From: Clostridia bacterium
Lineage (GTDB): Bacteria; Bacillota; Clostridia; TANB77; CAG-508
Assembly: GCA_017469445.1 (NCBI GenBank)
Contig: JAFUGK010000015.1
Location: forward strand, 75,964 to 139,963
Direction: 5' to 3'
DNA: 64,000 nt
Every line of letters begins with the position of its first letter. Position 1 is the stretch's first letter. Both the position numbers and the translations under genes were made by a program. Under the pieces are notes generated by a model, which ran no database searches, was not told the DNA's origin, and saw only the letters and a list, made by a program, of their open reading frames with translations. Shown here piece after piece: positions 40,852-51,337 of the stretch.

Positions 40852-42690
40852 TTAATCACAATTTTCGAACTGGCTATTATATAATTTTTCATAAAATCCA
40901 CCTTTTTGTAATAATTCTTCGTGAGTTCCTTGTTCTACTATATCTCCTTCATTCATTACAAGTATTAAATCTGCATCTCTTATTGTAGATAATCTATGTG
41001 CTATTACAAAGCTTGTTCTACCTTTCATTAAATCTTCCATTGCTTGTTGTATCAAAATTTCTGTTCTTGTATCTACAGATGATGTTGCTTCATCTAGTAT
41101 TAGTATTTTAGGGTCTGCTAAAAACGCTCTTGCTATTGTTAATAATTGTTTTTGTCCTTGAGAAATATTTGTAGATTCCTCGTTTAATACTGTTTTATAT
41201 CCATCTGATAATGTTCTTACAAAATGATCTACTTGTGCTTCTTTAGCTGCTTTTATAACTTCTTCGTCTGTTGCATTTAATCTTCCATACCTTATATTTT
41301 CCATAATTGTTTCATTAAAGCTCCATGTATCTTGAAGGACCATTCCAAACTGACTTCTTAAATCATCTCTTGTAAAGTTTCTTATGTCCGTTCCTTCAAG
41401 TAATATTGCTCCGCTTATTACATCATAATATCTCATTAAAAGTTTTACAATTGTGGTTTTCCCCGCACCAGTTGGACCTACTATTGCTATTTTTTGTCCT
41501 GCATTTATTTTAGCTGAAAAATCATTTATTACAATTTTATTCTCATTATATCCAAAATGTACATTCTTAAATTCCACATTTCCTACTACATTTTCTACTG
41601 ATGCTGGCTTATCTGTATCTGGCACTTCTTCTTTTTCATTTAAAAATTCAAATACTCTTTCAGCCGCTGCCATTGTAGATTGTAATACATTAGATACATT
41701 TGCAAGTTGTGATATTGGTTGTATAAAGCTTCTCATATATTGCATAAATGATTGTATATTACCTACTGTTATAATTCCAATGCTTGCATAATATGCACCC
41801 ATAATGCATACCGCTACATATCCTAAATTTCCAACAAAGTTCATTGTTGGTGGCATAAGCCCAGACAAGAATTGAGATTTCCATGCAGATTCATATAGTT
41901 TTTCATTGTATTGTTCAAATTTTTCTGTTGCTTGTTTTTGACCATTAAATGCCCTTACAATAGTATGGTTTGTATACATTTCTTCTATATGACCATTTAC
42001 ATCACTTAAATGCTTTTGTTGTTTTATAAAATACTTTTGAGATTTTTTAACCACAAAAGCAACTAAAATAATAGCTATTGGAAGTACTAATACTGCAACA
42101 ATTGTCATTTGCCAGCTTATAGATAGCATCATTATTAACACTCCTAAAAGTGTTGTAATAGAGGTTATAACTTGTGTTATACCTTGGTTTAATGTTTGTG
42201 ATACTGTATCTACATCGTTTGTTATGTATGATAATACTTCACCTTGTGTCTTTTTATCAAAGTAACTCAATGGTAATTTATTTATTTTATGTGATATATC
42301 TTTTCTTAGTTTGTATGTAACATCCATTGTAACTTTAGACATTATCCATCCTTGTATGTATGAAAATGCAGCACTTATGATATATAACACAAGCAATGTG
42401 ATAATTATATTTCTTATTCCATCAAAATCTATTCCTAAACCATTTTCAGAAATCATATTCATGACTCCTTCAAACAGAATTGTAGTAGCTTCACCTAATA
42501 TTTTTGGTCCAACTATACTAAAGATTGTTGAAAGTATAGCAAATATTATAACTATAACAATAGCTATTTTGTATTTACCTAAATATTTTAACAATTTTCT
42601 AAAAGTTCCCTTAAAGTCTTTTGCTTTTTCACCAGGCATGGCTACTCTATTTCTTCCGCCCATCGGCCCTCTTTTCTGCTTACTTTCCAT
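40852..42690 (-). CDS. ABC transporter ATP-binding/permease (type I exporter half)
   Basis: 6-TM domain plus NBD with Walker A GPTGAGKTT, signature LSQGQKQ and Walker B ILILDEATS. Confidence 0.85.
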   Translation of the reverse strand: MESKQKRGPMGGRNRVAMPGEKAKDFKGTFRKLLKYLGKYKIAIVIVIIFAILSTIFSIVGPKILGEATTILFEGVMNMISENGLGIDFDGIRNIIITLLVLYIISAAFSYIQGWIMSKVTMDVTYKLRKDISHKINKLPLSYFDKKTQGEVLSYITNDVDTVSQTLNQGITQVITSITTLLGVLIMMLSISWQMTIVAVLVLPIAIILVAFVVKKSQKYFIKQQKHLSDVNGHIEEMYTNHTIVRAFNGQKQATEKFEQYNEKLYESAWKSQFLSGLMPPTMNFVGNLGYVAVCIMGAYYASIGIITVGNIQSFMQYMRSFIQPISQLANVSNVLQSTMAAAERVFEFLNEKEEVPDTDKPASVENVVGNVEFKNVHFGYNENKIVINDFSAKINAGQKIAIVGPTGAGKTTIVKLLMRYYDVISGAILLEGTDIRNFTRDDLRSQFGMVLQDTWSFNETIMENIRYGRLNATDEEVIKAAKEAQVDHFVRTLSDGYKTVLNEESTNISQGQKQLLTIARAFLADPKILILDEATSSVDTRTEILIQQAMEDLMKGRTSFVIAHRLSTIRDADLILVMNEGDIVEQGTHEELLQKGGFYEKLYNSQFENCD

Positions 42691-44897
42691 TATAACTCCT
42701 CCTTTGTTAGCTGTGAAGAAGCTATCTCATAGTATGTAGGGCATTTTTCTAGTAATTCTTTATGTGTGCCTTTTCCTACAATTTTGCCTTTATCTAATAC
42801 TATAATTTGCTCTGCATTCATTATTGTACTTACTCTTTGTGCTACTATTAATATTGTTGCATTTTTCATATTTTCTTTTAAGGCTTGCCTTAAATTAGCA
42901 TCTGTTTTAAAATCTAATGCTGAAAAACTATCATCAAAAATGTATATTGGAGCATTTTTGGCAAGTGCTCTTGCTATAGATAATCTCTGTTTCTGTCCTC
43001 CAGACACATTTTTTGCATTTTGCGATATTTCACTTTGATATTTATTATCTTTGCTTTCTATAAATTCTGATGCTTGTGCAATTCCAGCATATTTTTCCAT
43101 TTCATCATCAGATAATTCTGGTGCTCCATATTTTATATTTGATTCTATTGTTCCAGATAGCAAGCTTCCTTTTTGTGGTACATAACCTATTTGTTTTTGC
43201 AATTCTTCTAAATCTATACTTTTTACATTTACACCATTTACAAGTACTTCGCCATCAGTAGCATCATTAAATCTTGGTACTAATTTTATAAGTGTAGATT
43301 TACCTGAACCTGTTGAGCCTATAAATGCTGTGGTTTCACCTGGTTTTGCTATAAAGCTAATATTCTCTAATACATATTCATCTGCCCCATCATATTTAAA
43401 GCTTACATCTTTAAATTCTACATAGCCTATTTTATCCTTTTTGAATTCTTCTGGTTTTTCTGGATTTTTAATATTTACATCTGTTTCAAGTACTTCTGAT
43501 ATACGTTTAGCAGAAACTTCTGCTCTTGGAAATGTAATAAATATCATTGTTATAAATAAGAAAGACATTATTACATGCATTGCATATTGCATAAAAGCCA
43601 TCATATCGCCTATTTGTAAGTTTGATTCTGCAATTTGTTTTGCTCCAATCCATACTATAAGTAACATTACCCCATTCATAACCAATGTCATTGCTGGCAT
43701 CATTACTACCATTATTCTATTTACAAATAAATTTATTTTTGTAAGTTCTGTATTTACACTATCAAACCTATCTTCTTCATATTTTTGTGTTCTAAAAGCT
43801 CTTGACACCATTATTCCACTTATATTTTCTCTTGAAACTAAATTCAATTTATCTATTAATTTTTGTATTATTTTAAACTTTGGTACAGCTAACAAAAATA
43901 CTACTATAATTAGCGCAATTATAACTGCAATAGCTAAGCCTAAAATCCATGTCATACTTACATTTCTTTGCAATATCATAATAAGTGCACCTATTCCCAT
44001 TACTGGTGCAAAGAAAACTAATCTAATTCCCATTACAATTAAATTTTGAATTTGTGTTACATCATTTGTAGTTCTAGTAATTAAAGAAGATGTACTAAAT
44101 TTTTCAAATTCAGCACCTGCAAATTCTTGTACTTTTTTAAATAAATCTATTCTAATATGTTGACCAACTCTTGCAGACACTCTTGTTGCAATTAAGCTAA
44201 CAATTATTGCAGCCATAGCAACTATTAAGGTCATTCCAAGCATTTTGGTACCTGTTAATATTATGTAATTAGTTTGTATTTTTGATAAATCCATTCCTAG
44301 TTCTTGGTAAAATAATTTTGTAAATACTACTGCAACTTGTGATAGCATTGTATCATCTGTTTTCACAGCATCTTGTCTAGCACTTTCTATTTGTTCTTGT
44401 GGTAAATTTTGCAGTATTGGAATCATATTATATATTTTTTCAAAATCTATCTGTGTATTATCTTGAATGCTAGTTTGCTGACTTTCATTACCTTGTGCCA
44501 TTGATGTCATTATATTTATAAATGTTCTATCTGCAATTTTAAAAATATTATCTAATTTTTCTATATCTGCATCTTGTTTTAATACATATATATTAGTATT
44601 TTGAGATTCTGGATATTTAGCAATATAGTTTGAATCTCCAGAATTTACAAGCTCATAGCTTTGCTCTAAAACCTGTTTTTCATCATCATTTACAAATATT
44701 TTTATTAAGCTCATTCCATTTTCGCTTATTGCTTCTGGAACAGCATTTTCAATTCCATTTGATTGTATTCCCACATTTACAATATCAGACATATAATTTG
44801 GTAAATTAAGTTTACAAATTGCCTGTATATATAAAAACACTATTGCTACTAATAGTGGGAATATGAACGGTTTTAAATATTTTTTCAATTTCCACAT
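42690..44897 (-). CDS. ABC transporter ATP-binding/permease with large extracytoplasmic loop (partner half)
   Basis: GSTGSGKST, LSGGQKQRLSIARA, IYIFDDSFSALD. 735 aa. Confidence 0.85.
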   Translation of the reverse strand: MWKLKKYLKPFIFPLLVAIVFLYIQAICKLNLPNYMSDIVNVGIQSNGIENAVPEAISENGMSLIKIFVNDDEKQVLEQSYELVNSGDSNYIAKYPESQNTNIYVLKQDADIEKLDNIFKIADRTFINIMTSMAQGNESQQTSIQDNTQIDFEKIYNMIPILQNLPQEQIESARQDAVKTDDTMLSQVAVVFTKLFYQELGMDLSKIQTNYIILTGTKMLGMTLIVAMAAIIVSLIATRVSARVGQHIRIDLFKKVQEFAGAEFEKFSTSSLITRTTNDVTQIQNLIVMGIRLVFFAPVMGIGALIMILQRNVSMTWILGLAIAVIIALIIVVFLLAVPKFKIIQKLIDKLNLVSRENISGIMVSRAFRTQKYEEDRFDSVNTELTKINLFVNRIMVVMMPAMTLVMNGVMLLIVWIGAKQIAESNLQIGDMMAFMQYAMHVIMSFLFITMIFITFPRAEVSAKRISEVLETDVNIKNPEKPEEFKKDKIGYVEFKDVSFKYDGADEYVLENISFIAKPGETTAFIGSTGSGKSTLIKLVPRFNDATDGEVLVNGVNVKSIDLEELQKQIGYVPQKGSLLSGTIESNIKYGAPELSDDEMEKYAGIAQASEFIESKDNKYQSEISQNAKNVSGGQKQRLSIARALAKNAPIYIFDDSFSALDFKTDANLRQALKENMKNATILIVAQRVSTIMNAEQIIVLDKGKIVGKGTHKELLEKCPTYYEIASSQLTKEEL

Positions 44898-44922
44898 AAA
44901 CTTATCTCCTTCTAATATTGTA

Positions 44923-45016
44923 AAGGGACACTTCTTTATCTTAGGTCATCTCTTTTATGCTAAGAAATATCCCCGTCCTTGTGAGCTAGTAATGTCAGCT
45001 TTCAAGATTATCTCCC
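44923..45016 (+). repeat. Dispersed repeat, family B copy 3
   Basis: GGGACACTTCTTTATC...TAAGAAATATCCCCGTCC...GAGCTAGTAATGTCAGC. Confidence 0.7.
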
Positions 45017-45072
45017 TATTTTATACAATTTTTATTATACATCGATACATTACTAATAGTCAATATGTAATG

Positions 45073-45153
45073 TGGGGACGTTTCCAAATTAGGAATATAT
45101 TCCAAAACAGTAACGTCCTCAGTTGGGAATTGCTCCCAACTGGGGACACATTT
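45073..45153 (-). repeat. Dispersed repeat, family A composite copy (reverse orientation, about 80 bp)
   Basis: GGGGACGTTTCCAAATTAGGAATATATTCC...CAGTTGGGAATTGCTCCCAACTGGGGACACAT. It abuts the stop of 45153..46391. Confidence 0.65.
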
Positions 45154-46391
45154 TAAAATTCAATTCTTATACTATCTCCAGCATATATTAAATTTACATT
45201 TTTTATATTGTTTTCTTTTGCAAGTTTTGCTACTGTTGTACTAAACATTTTTGCAATTTTGGTAAGAGTATCTCCATATTTTATTTTATAAAACTCTACT
45301 GTTACACTTGAATTTATAGGAATTATTAATTTTTGCCCAACATATATTAAATTTGGATTTTTTATATTATTCAAGTTTACCAATGTACTTATTGTTGTTC
45401 GATAAGTCTTTGCTAAATTGCTTAGTGTATCTCCCCATTTCACATTATAAATTATTGTGCTGTTTAATTCACTATTTTCTTCTTTTTTATTACTTTTTGC
45501 TGGCACTAGTAAACTATTTCCTGCATATATAAGATTTGGATTTTTAATATTATTAAGTTTTACTAATTCTTCGACTGTAGTATTATATTGTTTAGAGATT
45601 AATGTTAAAGTATCTCCTCTTTTTATTTTAATATATATATATTCTTTTGTTTGTTGCTCTTCATTTTCACTGTTTTCTTCTGTTTTTTCATTTGTCCCTT
45701 CATTATTAACGAATATACTTTCTGTAAAATAATCTCTATCAACATAGCCTTCTATTCCATTTATTATTCCTTCGTCTGTATATTGCCATCCAACCCAATT
45801 ATTCCATTTTACATTATTACCTGGCTTTTCTACATCATACTCTGCAATCCATATAGGGTAGATAGTTAATTCTTGTGAAAACACTTCTCTTGCATTGCTT
45901 TCATCTGAATATATTACTACTTCTTTTCCAGTTAGTTCTTTTACAGTTTCCAAAAAGACTTTAGAAATATTATTTATTTCGTATATATTTAATTCTCCAA
46001 AGCTTTCAAAATCCATCGCTAATTTACAATCTACAGTTTTATCTGATATTGTTTTTGCAAAGTGTTCAGCTTCTACTTTTGCATCTTCTTCATTTCTAGC
46101 AATTAAATAATGATAAAATCCAATTTTTAATCCCACTTCCTTGGCATTTTTATAATTAATTTCAAAATATGGATCTATGTATCTATCACCTTCTGTTGCT
46201 TTTATATATACAACTTCAATATTGCTTTCCTTAACTAATTCATAATCTATTTCACCCTGCCACATACTTACATCAATCCCATTATATTGTTTTTCATTAC
46301 TTGGTGAAAATGCATATGTTTCGCAAAAAAACTGCAATATTAGGCTTAAACATAGTATTGATACAATTTTAAAAAGATACTTTTTAATCAT
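45153..46391 (-). CDS. GH25 muramidase (lysozyme) with three C-terminal LysM repeats, secreted
   Basis: [13 protein letters not shown]...GFYHY GH25 core and three copies of GDTL..I/LA..Y.T....L...N.I....IY.G LysM. Signal peptide present. Confidence 0.85.
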   Translation of the reverse strand: MIKKYLFKIVSILCLSLILQFFCETYAFSPSNEKQYNGIDVSMWQGEIDYELVKESNIEVVYIKATEGDRYIDPYFEINYKNAKEVGLKIGFYHYLIARNEEDAKVEAEHFAKTISDKTVDCKLAMDFESFGELNIYEINNISKVFLETVKELTGKEVVIYSDESNAREVFSQELTIYPIWIAEYDVEKPGNNVKWNNWVGWQYTDEGIINGIEGYVDRDYFTESIFVNNEGTNEKTEENSENEEQQTKEYIYIKIKRGDTLTLISKQYNTTVEELVKLNNIKNPNLIYAGNSLLVPAKSNKKEENSELNSTIIYNVKWGDTLSNLAKTYRTTISTLVNLNNIKNPNLIYVGQKLIIPINSSVTVEFYKIKYGDTLTKIAKMFSTTVAKLAKENNIKNVNLIYAGDSIRIEF

Positions 46392-46442
46392 ATTATCCTC
46401 CTAATAAATAATATGAAAAAGTATCTTTTTTGTTCGAGTTTA

Positions 46443-46487
46443 AGATGTGTCCCAAATTGGGAATCATTCCCCATTTAGAAACGTCCC
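46443..46487 (+). repeat. Dispersed repeat, family A copy 3
   Basis: gatgtgtcccaaattgggaatcattccccatttagaaacgtcccc, abutting the feoB stop. Confidence 0.7.
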
Positions 46488-46497
46488 CAATTTATTC

Positions 46498-48600
46498 CTA
46501 TTTGCAATTATTACAGTAAGGACATGTTGTACATCCTTTTTTCTTGTTTTTTATTCCTCTAATTATTATAAATGCTACAACTGCTATTATTACTAAAATA
46601 ATTAATGTATTTGCTATATTCAATACTCCATTTTCAAATAAGCTTCCTATTTGGTATACAATTGTTGCTAATACCCATGCAAAAAATGTTTGTAAGCATA
46701 CTACTTTTAACATTTTTTTAGTAGAGCCTAATTCTCTTCTTAATGCTCCTATTGCTCCAAAACATGGTGCACTAAATAGGTTAAATACCATAAATGCATA
46801 TGCTGCAGCTGCTGTAAATCCAGCAAATGGAGTACCTTGTGCAAATATCTCGCTTCCTTCTTCTACATCTTCTGCTAGCCCTGCTATTACTGCCATAGAT
46901 GATACTACTTGTTCTTTTGCTACTAAACCTTGTATTGCAGAAACTGTTGCTCCCCAATTGTTTTGACCTAGTACTGGATAAAATACCCATGAAACTGTTT
47001 TTCCAATTGATGCTAACATACTTTCTTCTATGTCTACGCCATATTCCATACTAAATGAGAATGAAAGCAAAAACCATATAACTATTGAACAAATTAAAAT
47101 AATACTTCCTGCTCTTTTTATAAAAGCTATTACTTTTTCCCATACATCTTTTGCAACATATTTTACACTTGGCATTTTATATAATGGTAATTCTGATATG
47201 TATGAATTACTAGTATTTTTAAATTTTACTCTTGATAATACAAATGCAGCAAATATTATTACCAATATTGCAAAGAAATACAATGATGCTGAAACTAAGC
47301 CTGAATGCTCTTCAAAAAAGTATCCTGCGAACAATGCTATTATAGGAAGTTTAGCACTACATGGGATAAATGGCACCAACATAGATGTCATTTCTCTTTC
47401 ATCTGAATTTTCAATTATTCTTGTTCCCATAATTCCAGGAACTGAACATCCTGAGCCAACTATGAATGGTATTAAACTTTTTCCACTTAATCCTAGTTTT
47501 CTAAATAATTTATCAAGTAACATAGCAATTCTTGACATATATCCTGTTGTTTCTAATAATGATATACATAAGAATAATATTATTAATTGTGGTACAAATC
47601 CTAAAACTGCTCCAACACCAGCTATTATTCCATCTACTACTAAACTTGTAAGCCATTCTGAAGTACCAATATTTTCTAATGCTCCTCCTACCCATTCGCC
47701 AAAAGCATCCATACTATCTGCAACCCAATCAACAGTTGCTGAGCCAACTACACCAACAGATAAATAATAAACAAGAAACATTACTACAACAAATATTGGA
47801 AGTGCTAACCATTTATTTAAAAATACTTTATCTAATTTATCTGTTATACTCTCTGGCATGTTTTTTTCCTTAACTGCTTCTTTTTTTACTTTTTCAATAA
47901 ATGCATATCTTTCAGTTGCTATTACTTCTTCTAGGTCTGTATCATAAAATTTTGAAATTTCATTTATTATTTCTTCTGTTTTTGAATTATTCAATTTTGA
48001 AAATCTATTATCTTTTTCCAATAATTTAACAGCTATAAATCTGCTATGTTTATCATTTAAATCATTCTTTATTTTTGCTATACCATTTTCTAGGTTTTCG
48101 TCAAATATTTTTATATGCTCACTATTAGATTTTTTATCTATTTCTGTAACTAATTCTGATATTCCGGTTTCTTTTAACGCAGATATTTTAAAAACTTTTA
48201 CACCTAATTGTTTTTCTAATTTTTTCTCGTCTATGCTTATTCCTCTATTTTCTAATATATCACTCATATTAAGTGCCACAATAACTTTTGTGTCTAACTC
48301 CATAAGTTGTGTGGTTAGATACAAACTTCTTTCAATTGCAGTAGAATCAACTATATTTATAATTACATCTGGTTTTTCATCAAATATAAAACTTCTAGAT
48401 ATTTCTTCCTCTATACTATATGGACTTAATGAATATATACCCGGTAAATCCACTATTTCATGTTTTGTTCCTCTAATAGTTCCAGATTTTTTCTCGATTG
48501 TAACTCCTGGCCAATTTCCTATTTTTGCATTCATTCCTGTTAAATAATTAAATAAAGTCGTTTTTCCACTATTTTGATTTCCTACAAGTGCTACTTTCAT
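46498..48600 (-). CDS. feoB: Ferrous iron transporter FeoB
   Basis: N-terminal G-domain VALVGNQNSGKTTLFN plus a polytopic membrane domain and a Cys-rich C-terminal tail. Confidence 0.9.
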   Translation of the reverse strand: MKVALVGNQNSGKTTLFNYLTGMNAKIGNWPGVTIEKKSGTIRGTKHEIVDLPGIYSLSPYSIEEEISRSFIFDEKPDVIINIVDSTAIERSLYLTTQLMELDTKVIVALNMSDILENRGISIDEKKLEKQLGVKVFKISALKETGISELVTEIDKKSNSEHIKIFDENLENGIAKIKNDLNDKHSRFIAVKLLEKDNRFSKLNNSKTEEIINEISKFYDTDLEEVIATERYAFIEKVKKEAVKEKNMPESITDKLDKVFLNKWLALPIFVVVMFLVYYLSVGVVGSATVDWVADSMDAFGEWVGGALENIGTSEWLTSLVVDGIIAGVGAVLGFVPQLIILFLCISLLETTGYMSRIAMLLDKLFRKLGLSGKSLIPFIVGSGCSVPGIMGTRIIENSDEREMTSMLVPFIPCSAKLPIIALFAGYFFEEHSGLVSASLYFFAILVIIFAAFVLSRVKFKNTSNSYISELPLYKMPSVKYVAKDVWEKVIAFIKRAGSIILICSIVIWFLLSFSFSMEYGVDIEESMLASIGKTVSWVFYPVLGQNNWGATVSAIQGLVAKEQVVSSMAVIAGLAEDVEEGSEIFAQGTPFAGFTAAAAYAFMVFNLFSAPCFGAIGALRRELGSTKKMLKVVCLQTFFAWVLATIVYQIGSLFENGVLNIANTLIILVIIAVVAFIIIRGIKNKKKGCTTCPYCNNCK

Positions 48601-48830
48601 TTTTTTATCACCTCCACCTCAATTTGGCTTAGATTCGCTTTACTAATACACAATTCATAATCTCTTAATCGTATATCTACTGGATCTCCCATTGGTGCTT
48701 TTTTATAAATTTCAACTTCTGTACCTACAGTTAAGCCCATATCTAAAAGATGTCTTCTTGTTTCTTTATCTTGAATATTTAGTTTTAGAATTCTGGCTTT
48801 TTGTCCGATTTTTAATTCATTTAAAAGCAT
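48597..48830 (-). CDS. feoA: FeoA family protein
   Basis: SH3-like LKIGQKARILKL...GLTVGTEVEI. RBS aaaggaga precedes the MLLNELK start. Confidence 0.8.
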   Translation of the reverse strand: MLLNELKIGQKARILKLNIQDKETRRHLLDMGLTVGTEVEIYKKAPMGDPVDIRLRDYELCISKANLSQIEVEVIKK

Positions 48831-48959
48831 TTTTATCTCCTTTCTAATTTGAAACAAATTTCATATTTAAATTTATTCTACTATTAAAAAAAATGAATGT
48901 CAATATAAAGTTGAAACTTTTTTCATATTTAGATAAAAAAGAACACATAGATTAAATAT

Positions 48960-49364
48960 CTATATGTTCTTTCCTTTTTTACAGTCTTCACAAACTCCAT
49001 AGATCAATGTTTTTGAGTCTATACTAAAATTATGTTCTTTTGATATATGTGAATTTAACTTTTCCAGTTCTTCACAATCAAAATGAATTAACTTTCCGCA
49101 TTTTTCACACTTCAAATGAAAATGTTGATCACATTCTTTTGATATATATTGATAATATTTTGTGTTTTTTCGTGCTTCTATTCTTAATTTTCCTTGTTTT
49201 TCAAGTAAATTTAAAAATCTGTATATTGTTGTAAGTCCAACAGTTATATTCTCATCTTTAAAATATTTTTCTATATCTTCTGCACTAACAAAATTATTAC
49301 TATTTTTTATTAAATATTGCAATATTTCTTCTTTTTGTTTTGTTTTATATTTTACTTCTTTCAT
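48960..49364 (-). CDS. fur: Fur-family metal-responsive regulator
   Basis: HTH N-terminus plus HHH...CxxC metal sites (HFHLKCEKCGK...CEDCK). Confidence 0.75.
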   Translation of the reverse strand: MKEVKYKTKQKEEILQYLIKNSNNFVSAEDIEKYFKDENITVGLTTIYRFLNLLEKQGKLRIEARKNTKYYQYISKECDQHFHLKCEKCGKLIHFDCEELEKLNSHISKEHNFSIDSKTLIYGVCEDCKKGKNI

Positions 49365-49426
49365 AATAGCCTCTTTTCATATTGAAATTGTACTATTTTT
49401 TTTGCTAATTGTCAATATACATAAAA

Positions 49427-49455
49427 TTGCAATTAACATAAAATTGTGATATAAT
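49427..49455 (+). promoter_or_regulatory. Sigma-A promoter for 49535..50629
   Basis: TTGCAA, a 17-nt spacer, then TATAAT. Confidence 0.5.
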
Positions 49456-49534
49456 GTTTACAATTTCGCATTATGTGAAATTTATTTAGTTGATTCATAA
49501 ATATTCTTTTTAAGTATTTTAAGGAGGAAAAATT

Positions 49535-50629
49535 ATGGAAAAAGAATTTGTAAGTAGACAACAAGTAGACCTTCTTCGGCAAAGAATTTTTAGAGCTGAA
49601 GAAACAAAGGCAAGTCAGGAATTAGATACTCTTTTAACTACCTTGCAACATCAAAAGCATTCTAAACTTTTAAGTATTTTAGTTGTAGGCGCCGGTGGTT
49701 CATATCCAGCAGCAATTTTTGCAAAATGTGCCTTAAAATTTAAGCTCAACACACCTTATGTATCTGCTGTTACGCCACAAACTGCAGTACGCATTTTAAA
49801 ACCTGTAGGAATTTCTTTCTCTACAAATGCACCTCATTATGATTTAGTTATTGGTTTATCCTATTCTGGTAAAACTGAAGACATCAAAGCTGTGGCTAAA
49901 TTATGTAAGGAATATAAGTACTGCTTTGCACTTGTTACTGGAGCAGAAAAAATCGAATTAAAAAATGATTATTGGGGTACTAGAGCAAAAATCATTTCTT
50001 ATTTCAACCCTAATGACATATCTGGGAAAGAGCGAGGAATGATTTCAATGTTTTCAACTTTAGCTCCTGTAATTATTTTTGATGATGATTCTTCAGATAA
50101 GTTTTTTAAACAATATCAAAATTCATTGTTAAAAGCTGAAGAATTTGTTAATTCCTTGCCAATAAATGAAATTGCCAGTGCTATAAAAGAGCATCCCATT
50201 ATTCATGTTTTTTATGAGTTGGATACTCTTGCTTCCGCAAAAGATATTGAAAGCAAATTTATTGAAGCCGGAATTGCAAATGTTGTTATGCATGAAAAGA
50301 AGAATTTTTCACATGGTCGCTACACTTTACTGTACAAGCAGCCTTTTGCCCTTGCAATTAATTTGGTACGGCCTATCAGGCCAAATGGTTTTGATATGCT
50401 TCTTTCTAGGTTTTTGGAGAACTTGTGTAAAGAGCGAAAAGCAAAATACCTCGAATTCAGAAGTGATTTGCTTTATGCCACGCATTGGAATGTAGATATA
50501 CTTATGATTTTACCATACTTTATAACAAGTATTGGTGAAGCATTAGGAATCGACATTTCTAAGCCGTTTAAGCCAGGTCCATTTCCTAAAGAAGCAATCG
50601 AGTTGTTTAATTATTCTGGCAAATTCTAA
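49535..50629 (+). CDS. SIS-domain-like hypothetical protein, elevated GC
   Basis: VVGAGGSYPAAIFAKCAL...DLVIGLSYSGKTEDI resembles a sugar-isomerase (SIS) fold. Local GC is about 35%. RBS aaggagga. Confidence 0.45.
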   Translation: MEKEFVSRQQVDLLRQRIFRAEETKASQELDTLLTTLQHQKHSKLLSILVVGAGGSYPAAIFAKCALKFKLNTPYVSAVTPQTAVRILKPVGISFSTNAPHYDLVIGLSYSGKTEDIKAVAKLCKEYKYCFALVTGAEKIELKNDYWGTRAKIISYFNPNDISGKERGMISMFSTLAPVIIFDDDSSDKFFKQYQNSLLKAEEFVNSLPINEIASAIKEHPIIHVFYELDTLASAKDIESKFIEAGIANVVMHEKKNFSHGRYTLLYKQPFALAINLVRPIRPNGFDMLLSRFLENLCKERKAKYLEFRSDLLYATHWNVDILMILPYFITSIGEALGIDISKPFKPGPFPKEAIELFNYSGKF

Positions 50630-50640
50630 ACTAACAAAAA

Positions 50641-50677
50641 CTGCTAGCCATCTTAGATGGTTAGCAGTTTTATTTTA
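50641..50677 (+). terminator. Intrinsic terminator
   Basis: ctgctagcca-tcttaga-tggttagcag followed by ttttatttt. Confidence 0.6.
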
Positions 50678-51325
50678 AGATATAAATATATCTATATATT
50701 TTTCTAAAACTTTTAAGCACATTTCTATATATATATTGGCAATATCTTCTGTGATAAAAAAGTTTTCCCTGTTTTCTATTGCTTTATGCATTATTATTTG
50801 TTCATCTATAACTTTCACAAATTTTTCATCATTGTTTAAAAAAATCTTTGTTTCTTCCTTTATCCTCTCAATATCTATTGGTATCTTTTCTATTAAGACT
50901 TTATCTAGATAATTATAATCTTCATATATATTTTGAATAAAATGATCACTATTATGCAATATTTTATAATCTTCATTTTTGTATCTGTACAGTTCTCTTC
51001 CATTTTCATCTTTTCCGCATTCTTCAACGCATTCATTAATAATATTATTAAACCACACATAATCTTCTAATAAATGCGCTAAATATCCTATTATTATTTC
51101 ATCTTTACATTCTTTCTTATTTTCTGCCATAAATTTAGAAATATCTGGTAATAACCTAATTTTATTATTAAATTCTATATTTTTAAGATAATGCGATTTT
51201 GCTTTATTCATTATTGTTTGTTTATATATATCAGGCAAAATGCTACCTACTAAAAATTTATCACTTAAATTATGTTTTTTCCTATATATTTCTGATATGC
51301 ATAAATGCATCATTATTGATCCCAT
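50675..51325 (-). CDS. Hypothetical protein (possible zinc-dependent phospholipase-C-like fold)
   Basis: 216-aa ORF with H...SILPD...H...HLLEDY motifs. Function is uncertain. Confidence 0.4.
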   Translation of the reverse strand: MGSIMMHLCISEIYRKKHNLSDKFLVGSILPDIYKQTIMNKAKSHYLKNIEFNNKIRLLPDISKFMAENKKECKDEIIIGYLAHLLEDYVWFNNIINECVEECGKDENGRELYRYKNEDYKILHNSDHFIQNIYEDYNYLDKVLIEKIPIDIERIKEETKIFLNNDEKFVKVIDEQIIMHKAIENRENFFITEDIANIYIEMCLKVLEKYIDIFIS

Positions 51326-51337
51326 ATATTTCTCCTT